From positions 9,211-73,210 of the forward strand of contig CAZCQP010000006.1 of NCBI GenBank assembly GCA_964500895.1: DNA of 64,000 bases, written 5' to 3'. The position numbers were made by a program, and so were the translations under genes. Shown piece by piece: positions 27,974 through 36,456 of the stretch. The notes under the pieces are model-generated. The model saw nothing but the letters and a program-made list of their open reading frames with translations, was not told where the DNA came from and ran no database searches. The first letter of the stretch is position 1. Every line of letters begins with the position of its first letter. The stretch comes from an uncultured Eubacteriales bacterium (GTDB taxonomy: Bacteria > Bacillota > Clostridia > Lachnospirales > JAISER01).

Positions 27974-29574
27974 GGCGGGTCACCTGCCTGTGTTTCCCAG
28001 CCTGGCAGGGGGTGTTTAAAGTAAATGTGCAAATGGCCGGGGGAAACTTCAATGCGTTCAATGAGGGCGGATAGTACCATCTTTTGGGTTTCAGGGGGTG
28101 CGTTCAGCAGTTCCTTTTGCCAATCGGGCGGGAAAGGAACGGGAGCGGAGGGTTCACAGTGACTCTGGGAAGCTTCTTCCTGCACGGCCAAAAGCTGGGC
28201 CTCCTTTTCCTGTATGATGGTGGCCAACTGCCTGGGAGTAAAAGGGCTTTCCCCCAGCAACGCCTTTGCGGTTTCTGCCTGCAAGGCGGCAAGTTCTTTG
28301 TTTAAACGGTTTTGTTCGGATTTTGTTTGCCGGGCTTGGGCTTTTTGTGCCACAACATTTTGGGTCTTGCGTTCCTCTATTTTTGCTTGCACTCGCGTAA
28401 AATCCACCAGGGGCAGACATCCAAAAATGTGGCTCAAGACCACCGGGTCTATTTTGTTTTGGCTGTAGGTGTGCTGGCTGGGGCAGGCAGGCGGGTGACC
28501 GCCGGTGCGGCAGGTGTATTGGGGCTTTGACGCTGTTTTCACTTCCCCTGTTTTTAGCCTCCACCGTTTCTGCCCGTAACGCACCCCCATAGCCTGGCCG
28601 CAGCCCATGCAAAACACAAGCCCGGAAAAAAGCAGGGGGCTTTTGCTCTGGGCTTGCAGCCTAGGGGTAGTTGGCTTTGGGGTGTGTTGTTGACGCAAAG
28701 CCTCTGCCCGTGCCCACACTGCTTCGGAAACAATGGCCAAGTGGGGCAAAGGGGTTAGGGCCGTAATCCAGTCTTTTTCCGGCAAACGCAATTGCCCAGT
28801 GGGTTTGCGCTGCCGTTTGCCGTACACATACCACCCTTTATACACCGGGTTTTTAAGCAGCGATAACACCCCCGCCCCCGTCCACCGGCCCCCTTTTTGA
28901 GTGGGAATGGCTTTTGCATTCAGCCATTGGGCAATTTTCCCCCCGCCCATGGCATAATCTGCCGCCAGCTGGTAAATGCGGCGCACAATAGGGGCTTGGG
29001 TGTCGTCTAAGGCCAGCCCTCGCCGAGGCAAGCCTTGTCTTGTGGCATCTTTTGTCCATACCAGCCGGTAGCCGTAGGGGGGGCTTCCCCCACGGAAAAC
29101 CCCGTCCATGGCCATCTGCTTGTGTTTTTCCCACACCCTTTTACCAGTTTTCTCGCTTTCCCCGCCGGACTGCCAAAACCGCAAATAATTTAAAAGCTTA
29201 TCCGTGCGGTTTTCAATGGTTTGCTGCCCTTCCGTCACGCTCCACACTTCAATGCCCCGGCTCACCAGCCATTCCACCACAAAAGGGGTTTCATCCTCAC
29301 GGCGGCCAAGGCGGTCGAACATAAACACCAAAAGCACATCAAAGCAGCCGTTGCCGGCATCGGCTTTCATCTGCTGCAACACGTCCCGTTCTTCCGCCCG
29401 CTTATGGTAGCCGGACACCCCTTTTTCCGTGTATTCCATAGCCAGTTCCCAGCCTGGGCGGCCTTCGATGAATGCCCGACAAGCCTTTTTTTGCAAAGGA
29501 ATGTCGTTATCTGTCACTTGTTTTTTAGTGGACACCCGGTACAGACAGGCCACTTTTTTAATGGCTTCATCCAT
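27970..29574 (-). CDS. large serine recombinase
   Basis: ACLYRVSTKKQ, LLVFMFDRLGRRE, a zinc ribbon (CMGCGQAM ... YTCRTG) and a coiled-coil C-terminus. Confidence 0.9.
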   Translation of the reverse strand: MDEAIKKVACLYRVSTKKQVTDNDIPLQKKACRAFIEGRPGWELAMEYTEKGVSGYHKRAEERDVLQQMKADAGNGCFDVLLVFMFDRLGRREDETPFVVEWLVSRGIEVWSVTEGQQTIENRTDKLLNYLRFWQSGGESEKTGKRVWEKHKQMAMDGVFRGGSPPYGYRLVWTKDATRQGLPRRGLALDDTQAPIVRRIYQLAADYAMGGGKIAQWLNAKAIPTQKGGRWTGAGVLSLLKNPVYKGWYVYGKRQRKPTGQLRLPEKDWITALTPLPHLAIVSEAVWARAEALRQQHTPKPTTPRLQAQSKSPLLFSGLVFCMGCGQAMGVRYGQKRWRLKTGEVKTASKPQYTCRTGGHPPACPSQHTYSQNKIDPVVLSHIFGCLPLVDFTRVQAKIEERKTQNVVAQKAQARQTKSEQNRLNKELAALQAETAKALLGESPFTPRQLATIIQEKEAQLLAVQEEASQSHCEPSAPVPFPPDWQKELLNAPPETQKMVLSALIERIEVSPGHLHIYFKHPLPGWETQAGDPP

Positions 29575-29783
29575 CAGGGTTGCAGATCTTTCAAATGATT
29601 TTCCGTATACAGGGTAGACAAAGCGTCTGTTAAAACCTCCTGCTCATAACGGTTGGCCTCCCCAAGGGGAAAGTACAGGTGCACGGTCATGTCCCGGGCG
29701 CTGGAAGGGCGGCTTAAATGGAGGTACGTGCCTGTTTTTTCCATGTTGTAAGTCATGTCGTTGAGTTGTATGGTTTGGGGCAT
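29574..29783 (-). CDS. hypothetical 69-aa protein coupled to the recombinases
   Basis: Its stop overlaps the recombinase ATG (TGATG). No recognisable motif. Confidence 0.45.
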   Translation of the reverse strand: MPQTIQLNDMTYNMEKTGTYLHLSRPSSARDMTVHLYFPLGEANRYEQEVLTDALSTLYTENHLKDLQP

Positions 29784-29893
29784 ACTAAATCACCACCGAT
29801 AAAAATGTTAACATCAATATATGTGCATAACAGACTGTCTCATACGTGATAACCTAGGCAAAAATTAAGGAGCCATTAAATTGCCACTGTAGT

Positions 29894-29909
29894 AATTGGT
29901 ATAGACCAA
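29894..29909 (+). promoter_or_regulatory. candidate HutC/NagR-type (GntR family) operator, distal site
   Basis: AATTGGTATAGACCAA has the dyad TTGGT-N4-ACCAA. Lies 20 nt upstream of the -35. Confidence 0.45.
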
Positions 29910-29928
29910 AAAAAGTTTTATAAATTGT

Positions 29929-29957
29929 TTGACAATGGGTATAAACGGTTTTATAAT
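29929..29957 (+). promoter_or_regulatory. consensus sigma-A promoter of the glm-hut operon
   Basis: TTGACA (29929-29934), 17-nt spacer, TATAAT (29952-29957). Confidence 0.75.
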
Positions 29958-29974
29958 GATAAAAACAAGTTGCT

Positions 29975-29992
29975 AATTGGTACAGTCCAATT
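29975..29992 (+). promoter_or_regulatory. candidate HutC/NagR-type operator, proximal site
   Basis: AATTGGTACAGTCCAATT has the dyad AATTGG-N6-CCAATT. Lies just downstream of the predicted transcription start. Confidence 0.45.
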
Positions 29993-30024
29993 TGAAGACA
30001 GTAGTGATGATGGAGGAATGCAGG

Positions 30025-30447
30025 ATGGAAAAAACAAAAGGCACCCTGATTATGGGTGTCATTGGCGCAGACGTTCACGCCGTGGGTAACAAGATTTTAG
30101 ACTATGCGTTAACCCAAGCGGGGTTCAACGTCATCAACCTGGGGGTTATGGTGTCTCAAACAGAATTTATTGAGGCCGCCATGGAAGCAGATGCCCATGC
30201 CATTGTGGTATCTTCCCTTTACGGCCACGGCGAAATTGACTGCCGGGGATTGCGCGAAAAATGTGACGAAGCCGGACTTAAAAACATTAAACTTTACGTG
30301 GGCGGTAACCTGGTGGTTGGTGCGGCAGATTTTGAACAAGTGTCTGCCACATTTAAAGCCATGGGTTTTGACAGAGTATACCCGCCCGGCACATTGCCTG
30401 AAGACTGCATTGGCCACTTTGAAGCCGATTTGAGGGATATGGTATGA
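30025..30447 (+). CDS. glmS: glutamate mutase (methylaspartate mutase) sigma subunit, B12-binding
   Basis: [16 protein letters not shown] carries the DxHxxG base-off B12 motif. About 140 aa. GGAGGA SD before the ATG at 30025. Confidence 0.93.
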   Translation: MEKTKGTLIMGVIGADVHAVGNKILDYALTQAGFNVINLGVMVSQTEFIEAAMEADAHAIVVSSLYGHGEIDCRGLREKCDEAGLKNIKLYVGGNLVVGAADFEQVSATFKAMGFDRVYPPGTLPEDCIGHFEADLRDMV

Positions 30448-31835
30448 CAAAAACCATGCTGGCGGTGGATTTTGGTTCCACCTTTACAAAGGTGACGGCC
30501 ATAGACATAACCGGGCGGCAGATTTTGGGAGTGGCCAAGTCCTTTACCACTATTGACACCGATGTGTGCCAGGGGTTAAACAATGCCTTGGCCATGCTGA
30601 AAGACCAGTGCGGCACAATAGACTTTGACTACAAGATGGCGTCTTCCAGCGCCGCTGGCGGGCTTAAAATGATTTCATGCGGCTTTGTGCCGGATTTAAC
30701 CACCAAAGCCTCCAAACTGGCAGCCGCCAGCGCCGGGGCAAAGGTGCTGAAAACCTATTCATACGAGCTTTCACCCTATGAATTGGAAGAAATTCAGGCT
30801 TTATCCCCAGACATTATTTTACTTACCGGGGGCATTGACGGGGGCAACAAGGCCGTGCTTTTGCACAACGCCAACATGTTGGCCACGTTGCCCGGGCACT
30901 TTGCCGTTATTGTGGCAGGAAACAAAACCGCCGCCCACCAAGTGGGAGAAATATTAGAAGCGGCGGGTAAAGATGCCATTTTGTGCGAAAACGTGATGCC
31001 CCAGTTCAACAAGCTGAACATCATGCCCGCCAAAACGGCCATTCGCAAGCTATTTATCAAGAACATTATTGAAGCCAAGGGCTTAAACGATGCCCAGGTT
31101 CAAATGTCTGAAAGCATCATCCCCACACCGTTGGCTGTGTTCGAGGCCGCAGAGCTTTTGGCCAAAGGCACAGACAAAACAGCGGGCATGGGAAATTTAA
31201 TGGCCTATGATGTTGGCGGCGCCACCACGGATGTGTATTCCATGGCGGCAGGCACGCCATCCAGAGCCACTGTGGTAATGAAAGGCTTGCCGGAACCTTT
31301 TGCCAAACGAACGGTAGAAGGGGACATTGGGGTGCGGTACAGTATGCCCCATTTAATTGCCGAAGCCACACCGGAAGCCGTGGCAGCCTGGGCGGAAGTT
31401 ACCCCAGAGGAAGTGCTGGCCTGGCAAGACAAATGCCAAAGCGCCATGGACACCGTGCCTCAACCGGGAACCCGGGAAAACCGCATAGACGAAGGTTTGG
31501 CGGCCATGGCGGTGTACATTGCTTCCAATCGGCACTGCGGCACGTATGAATCGGCCTACACCCCTGCCGGGGAAGTGTTCTTGCAAGAAGGCAAAGATTT
31601 AACCAAAGTGGAAGCTATCATCGGGTCTGGGGGCAGCATCATCCACAGCAGCAGACCGGGGGACATTTTAAAGCAATCCCTGTACACCCCGGCATTGCCC
31701 AACGTTTTAAAGCCTGCCCAAGCACGGATGTATCTGGACAAAGACAACATATTTGCCGCCATGGGGCTTTTGGGGCGTATAGACCCAGATGCCGCAGTGG
31801 AAATTATGCTGAAAAACTTTATTGAAGTTCAATAA
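30444..31835 (+). CDS. glmL: glutamate mutase accessory/reactivating protein GlmL (MutL)
   Basis: 463 aa ASKHA-fold-like protein ([11 protein letters not shown] ... DVGGATTDV) between the S and E subunits. ATGA overlap with glmS. Confidence 0.85.
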   Translation: MTKTMLAVDFGSTFTKVTAIDITGRQILGVAKSFTTIDTDVCQGLNNALAMLKDQCGTIDFDYKMASSSAAGGLKMISCGFVPDLTTKASKLAAASAGAKVLKTYSYELSPYELEEIQALSPDIILLTGGIDGGNKAVLLHNANMLATLPGHFAVIVAGNKTAAHQVGEILEAAGKDAILCENVMPQFNKLNIMPAKTAIRKLFIKNIIEAKGLNDAQVQMSESIIPTPLAVFEAAELLAKGTDKTAGMGNLMAYDVGGATTDVYSMAAGTPSRATVVMKGLPEPFAKRTVEGDIGVRYSMPHLIAEATPEAVAAWAEVTPEEVLAWQDKCQSAMDTVPQPGTRENRIDEGLAAMAVYIASNRHCGTYESAYTPAGEVFLQEGKDLTKVEAIIGSGGSIIHSSRPGDILKQSLYTPALPNVLKPAQARMYLDKDNIFAAMGLLGRIDPDAAVEIMLKNFIEVQ

Positions 31836-31869
31836 TATAGCGGTTTAACCATAAATATGGGAGGTTACC

Positions 31870-33321
31870 ATGGAATTAAAGAATGAAAAGCTCAGTGATG
31901 ACCTGTTTTATAGCATTCAAAAAGAAGTGCTCACACAGTGGCCCACGGGCAAGGACGTAAACTTTGACGAAGCGGTGCAAATGCAAAAGGCCATTCCTGC
32001 GTCCAAACGCTTCTCTGTGAAGCTGGACAAAGCCAAAGCATCCGGCGACACCCTCATTCAGCCTCGGGCTGGGGTGGCATTGCCAGAAAACCACATCACA
32101 CTGCTTAAATATTTAGAAGACGAGGGCCATGCAGATTTACTGCCCACCACCATCGACAGCTACACCCGCCACAACCGTTACAAAGAAGCAGATGTGGGTA
32201 TGGAAGAATCCCGCAAGCTGAACCGTTCCATGCTGAACGGCTTCCCGGCAGTAAACCACGGTGTGGAGATTTGCCGGAAAGTAACCTCTGCAGTGAAAAG
32301 CCCGGTGCAAGTGCGCCACGGCACACCGGACGCCCGTTTGTTAACAGAAATTTCCGTAGCCGGTGGCTTTACCTCCTATGAAGGCGGCGGTATTTCTTAC
32401 AACATTCCTTACGCCAAAGACCACTCTTTGGAAAAAACCATTTACGACTGGCAATATTGCGACCGCTTGATTGGCATTTACGAAGAAGCCGGGGTGACCA
32501 TTAACCGTGAACCTTTCGGCCCATTAACCGGCACACTGGTACCACCTTGTATCTCTAACAGTGTGGCCATTTTAGAAAGCTTGATGGCTGCCGCTCAAGG
32601 CGTGAAGCACCTGACTGTCGGTTACGGCCAATGCGGTAACTTAATGCAAGACATTGCCGCCATTAAGAGCCTTGAAAAACAAACCAACAGCTACTTGAAA
32701 AAATTTGGCTTTAACGACGTGACCGTCACCACCGTGTTCCATCAATGGATGGGTGGTTTCCCACCAGATGAAGCCAGTGCTTTCGGTGTAATCTCCTGGG
32801 GTGCTGCTGCGGCTGCACTGTCCGGTGCCACCAAAGTTATTGTTAAAACCCCTCATGAAGCTTTGGGTATTCCTACCAAGGAAGCCAACGCTGCTGGCCT
32901 TCGTGCCACCAAGCAAGTGGTGTCCATGCTGAAAGACCAGCTCTACATCAACCTGCAAGAAGTGGAAGCTGAATGCAAAGTGCTGGAAGCCGAAGTGGAT
33001 TGCATCATGCAAAAAACACTGGAATTTGGCAACAACGATGCCGCCATCGGTACGGTGCGTGCCTTCCAGGCAGGTGTTATCGACGTGCCTTTTGCACCCA
33101 GCCGCTACAACGCCGGCAAGTGCTTGCCCGCCCGTGACAACAACGGTGCTGTCCGTTTCTTAGACATCGGCAACCTGCCTTTCTCCAAGGAAATTGCAGA
33201 TTTCCATACAGAAAAACTGCAAGCCCGTGGCAAAGCAGAAAAACGTGCCGTGAGCTTCCAGATGGTTATTGACGACATTTACGCCATTGGCAAAGGCTAC
33301 CTGGTTGGTCGCCCTAAATAA
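31870..33321 (+). CDS. glmE: glutamate mutase epsilon (catalytic) subunit
   Basis: 483 aa. IQPRAGV ... TIDSYTR ... GFPAVNHG ... [10 protein letters not shown]. Confidence 0.92.
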   Translation: MELKNEKLSDDLFYSIQKEVLTQWPTGKDVNFDEAVQMQKAIPASKRFSVKLDKAKASGDTLIQPRAGVALPENHITLLKYLEDEGHADLLPTTIDSYTRHNRYKEADVGMEESRKLNRSMLNGFPAVNHGVEICRKVTSAVKSPVQVRHGTPDARLLTEISVAGGFTSYEGGGISYNIPYAKDHSLEKTIYDWQYCDRLIGIYEEAGVTINREPFGPLTGTLVPPCISNSVAILESLMAAAQGVKHLTVGYGQCGNLMQDIAAIKSLEKQTNSYLKKFGFNDVTVTTVFHQWMGGFPPDEASAFGVISWGAAAAALSGATKVIVKTPHEALGIPTKEANAAGLRATKQVVSMLKDQLYINLQEVEAECKVLEAEVDCIMQKTLEFGNNDAAIGTVRAFQAGVIDVPFAPSRYNAGKCLPARDNNGAVRFLDIGNLPFSKEIADFHTEKLQARGKAEKRAVSFQMVIDDIYAIGKGYLVGRPK

Positions 33322-33338
33322 TAAAAATAATGCAACTG

Positions 33339-33404
33339 TTTGGGCGGTCTCTGACCGCCCAAATTGAACAACAGTCCAGAGGTGGGGGCGGCACTTGACC
33401 GCCC
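33339..33404 (+). other. two near-identical GC-rich hairpins in the glmE-mal spacer
   Basis: TTTGGGCGGTC-TCT-GACCGCCCAAA (33339-33363) and GGGCGG-CACTTGA-CCGCCC (33386-33404). Neither is followed by a good T-run. Confidence 0.6.
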
Positions 33405-33448
33405 AACCCTTTCCCTTAAAGTGTTTGATTCATTGAGGAGGAAAACCA

Positions 33449-34690
33449 ATGAAAATTGTAAAATTAGCTTGTTCCGCTGGCAAAACAGGTTTTTTCTTTG
33501 ACGACCAAAAAGCCATTAAAACCGGCGCAAAAGCAGACGGCAACACCTATGTAGGCAACCCGGTAACCCCAGGGTTTACCAAAGTGCGTCAAGCCGGTGA
33601 ATCCATTTCCATTATGCTTGTTTTAGAAGACGGCCAAGTGGCTTATGGCGACTGTGCAGCCGTGCAATACTCTGGTGCAGGCGGCCGTGACCCATTGTTC
33701 CTGGCCCAAGACTTCATTCCCATTATTGAAAAAGAAGTGGCTCCCTTGTTGGTGGGCAAAGAAATCACCACCTTTAAAGAAATGGCAACTGCTGTAGACA
33801 GCTTAAAAGATGCAGACGGCAAACCCATGCACACTGCCATTCGTTACGGCGCAACCCAAGCCATTTTGGATGCAGTGGCTAAAGCCAACCACAAGCTGAT
33901 GGCGCAAGTGGTGGCCGATGAATACGGCTTAACCATGGAAGACACTTTAGTGCCTATCTTCTGCCAATCCGGCGACGACCGTTACGCCAACGTAGACAAA
34001 ATGATTTTAAAAGGCGCCAACGTATTGCCCCACGGTTTGATTAACAACGTGAAAGACAAACTGGGCGAAAACGGCGAAAAACTGGAAGATTACGTGAAAT
34101 GGCTGTCTGAACGCATTCAACAAATCCGCCCGGTGCAAGACTATGCCCCTGTGCTGCACATTGACGTGTACGGCACATTAGGATTGGCTTTCAACAACGA
34201 CTGTGATAAAATTGTGGCTTACCTGGGCAAACTGGAAGCAGCTGCGAAACCTTTCCACCTGCGCATTGAAGGGCCTGTGGACATGGGCGAACGGGAAGCT
34301 CAAGTGGAAGCACTGGCAACCATCACCAAGAAGCTGGAAGAACAAAACATTAACGTGGAAATCGTGGCCGACGAATGGTGCAACACCTACGAAGACGTGG
34401 TCATTTTCACAGACAAAAAAGCAGGGCACATGGCACAAATTAAAACCCCAGACCTTGGCGGCATTAACAACTCTATTGAAGCGGTTATCTACTGCAAGCA
34501 AAACGGCATGGGCGCTTACTTAGGCGGCACCTGCAACGAAACCGAACGGTCCGCTGCTGTGTGTGCCCACATTGCCATGGCAACCCGTCCGGTACAAACA
34601 TTGGCCAAACCCGGCATGGGCGTGGACGAAGGTTTCATGATTGTACACAACGAAATGCAACGCATTCTGGCATTGAAAAACCTCATTTAA
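33449..34690 (+). CDS. mal: methylaspartate ammonia-lyase
   Basis: 413 aa enolase-superfamily protein. FFFDDQKAI ... IKTPDLGG ... GGTCNETE. Confidence 0.92.
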   Translation: MKIVKLACSAGKTGFFFDDQKAIKTGAKADGNTYVGNPVTPGFTKVRQAGESISIMLVLEDGQVAYGDCAAVQYSGAGGRDPLFLAQDFIPIIEKEVAPLLVGKEITTFKEMATAVDSLKDADGKPMHTAIRYGATQAILDAVAKANHKLMAQVVADEYGLTMEDTLVPIFCQSGDDRYANVDKMILKGANVLPHGLINNVKDKLGENGEKLEDYVKWLSERIQQIRPVQDYAPVLHIDVYGTLGLAFNNDCDKIVAYLGKLEAAAKPFHLRIEGPVDMGEREAQVEALATITKKLEEQNINVEIVADEWCNTYEDVVIFTDKKAGHMAQIKTPDLGGINNSIEAVIYCKQNGMGAYLGGTCNETERSAAVCAHIAMATRPVQTLAKPGMGVDEGFMIVHNEMQRILALKNLI

Positions 34691-34709
34691 TTATAAATTC
34701 TGAAAGAAG

Positions 34710-36101
34710 GTGAACGGCTTGGAAGAAATGCGCATTCTTTCTCCAACGGCGATTTTAGGCTACGGCTTTCCTGAAAGCGCCTTTGAAGCGGCCATGGCGC
34801 TGAAACCGCACGTCATTGCGGTGGATGCTGGTTCAACAGACCCGGGCCCATATTATTTAGGTGCAGGCAAGTCCTTTACAGACAGAAACGCCGTAAAGCG
34901 GGATTTAAGCTTAATGATTCCGGCTGCTTTAGAAGCGGGCATTCCTGTTATCATCGGTTCTGCCGGTGGCAGCGGGGCAGACAGCCACTTGAACTGGAAC
35001 GTAGAAATCATTAAAGAAATTGCCACCGAAAAAGGGCTTTCCTTTAAAATGGCTGCCATCAACGCACAAATTGCGCCGGAAACCGTGAAACAAAAACTGG
35101 CCGAAGGCAAAATTGTGCCCCTAGAACCGGCTGAACAAATCACTGAACAAGACATTGAAGCATCCACCAACATTGTGGCCCAAATGGGGCATGAACCTTT
35201 CATCAAAGCGCTGGAAGAAGGGGCACAAGTGATTGTGGCCGGCCGTGCATACGACCCTGCCGTGTTTGCTTCTTTGGCTGTTTCCAAAGGTTATAACCCC
35301 GGCTTGGCCATTCACTTGGGCAAAATTTTGGAATGCGCCGCCATTGCTTCCACACCTGGCAGCGGCAGCGACTGTATGATGGGCTATTTAGGGGAAGATT
35401 ATTTTAAAGTGTTCCCGCTTTCCTCCAACCGGAAGTGCACCCTGCTTTCCGTGGCCGCCCATACCTTGTACGAAAAAAGCAACCCGGTGCGCCTGCCTGG
35501 CCCCGGCGGCATTTTAGACCTGACACAGACCAGCTTCGAGCAATTTTCAGACAACACCGTTATGGTGAAAGGCAGCCGGTTTATCCCCACAGAAGAAGGC
35601 TACTTCGTGAAGCTTGAAGGCGCTAAAAAAGTGGGTTACCGCACAGTTTCCTTTGCCGCTTGCAAAGACCCCATCATGATTGCCCAAATTGACACCATGG
35701 TGGAAGAAATTAAGGCCAAAGTGAAATCCAACTTTGAAAAGTTTGGCATTACGGACTTTTTCTTAGACTTTAAACTTTATGGTAAAAACGGGGTTTTAGG
35801 CATGTTTGAGGGCATGGAAGCAGAAGTTGACCCTGCCGAACTGGGCGTGGTGATTGAAGCTGTGGCACCCACCCAAGAACAAGCCAATACCATTTGCAGC
35901 TTTGCCCGTTCCACCATGCTGCACTTTGGTTATGAAGGCCGGAAGTCCACCGCCGGCAACCTGGCGTTTCCGTTCTCTCCGTCCGACTTTCCTGGCGGCG
36001 TGGTATATGCCTTTAGCATGTACCACTTGATGGCGGTTAATGACCCTTGCGAGTGCTTCCCCATGACCATAGAAGAATGCCGAAAGGGGGAATGGCAATG
36101 A
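34710..36101 (+). CDS. uncharacterised protein, tentatively DUF1446 (AtuA-like) family
   Basis: About 460-aa ORF (start GTG 34710 or ATG 34728), coupled by an ATGA overlap to a DUF4387-like ORF. The pairing is typical of split AtuA-like proteins. The family call rests on memory only. Confidence 0.5.
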   Translation: MNGLEEMRILSPTAILGYGFPESAFEAAMALKPHVIAVDAGSTDPGPYYLGAGKSFTDRNAVKRDLSLMIPAALEAGIPVIIGSAGGSGADSHLNWNVEIIKEIATEKGLSFKMAAINAQIAPETVKQKLAEGKIVPLEPAEQITEQDIEASTNIVAQMGHEPFIKALEEGAQVIVAGRAYDPAVFASLAVSKGYNPGLAIHLGKILECAAIASTPGSGSDCMMGYLGEDYFKVFPLSSNRKCTLLSVAAHTLYEKSNPVRLPGPGGILDLTQTSFEQFSDNTVMVKGSRFIPTEEGYFVKLEGAKKVGYRTVSFAACKDPIMIAQIDTMVEEIKAKVKSNFEKFGITDFFLDFKLYGKNGVLGMFEGMEAEVDPAELGVVIEAVAPTQEQANTICSFARSTMLHFGYEGRKSTAGNLAFPFSPSDFPGGVVYAFSMYHLMAVNDPCECFPMTIEECRKGEWQ

Positions 36102-36409
36102 AGCTCTTTGACATTGCAGACGTTATCCGCAGTAAAAACTCCGGCCCTTACGAATTAACTTTTGATATTATCTTTAAAGATGTTGACATGTTTAAAAAAG
36201 TATGGGATGCTAAAGTGATTAACACCCAAAGCTTTGCTGCCCTGTACCATATTCCTGAAACCGACATCATCAATATCTTGGCTTTTGAACCAGCCAAGGC
36301 CATTAAAATCACCATTAAACGGCCCATCTGCTCCGGTGACTTAGGGGAGCGGGATGTGTACGGCGCACAACAGCATGCCCCATTGATGGGGTTCACATTT
36401 GAACTGTAG
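36098..36409 (+). CDS. DUF4387-like small protein
   Basis: 103 aa. IRSKNSGPYELTFDIIF (RSKN motif) and GERDVYGAQQH. Confidence 0.6.
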   Translation: MKLFDIADVIRSKNSGPYELTFDIIFKDVDMFKKVWDAKVINTQSFAALYHIPETDIINILAFEPAKAIKITIKRPICSGDLGERDVYGAQQHAPLMGFTFEL

Positions 36410-36456
36410 TACCTGTATTTAAAACTTTGATATACACGTGCTAAGGAGTGGTTAAG

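Larger units (their letters stand above)
26424..29883 (-). mobile_element. mini-island: small ORF plus two large serine recombinases (boundaries uncertain)
   Basis: Three translationally coupled minus-strand genes sit between an MCP gene and a core metabolic operon. The DNA looks locally more GC-rich. A weak 13/18 direct similarity lies at 26424-26441 and 29866-29883. Confidence 0.55.

Noticed and set aside
29854-30078. 74-aa minus-strand ORF across the glm promoter
   Set aside because: It overlaps a consensus promoter, both operator dyads and the glmS start. The translation is Cys/His/Tyr/Phe-rich and implausible, and there is no SD.
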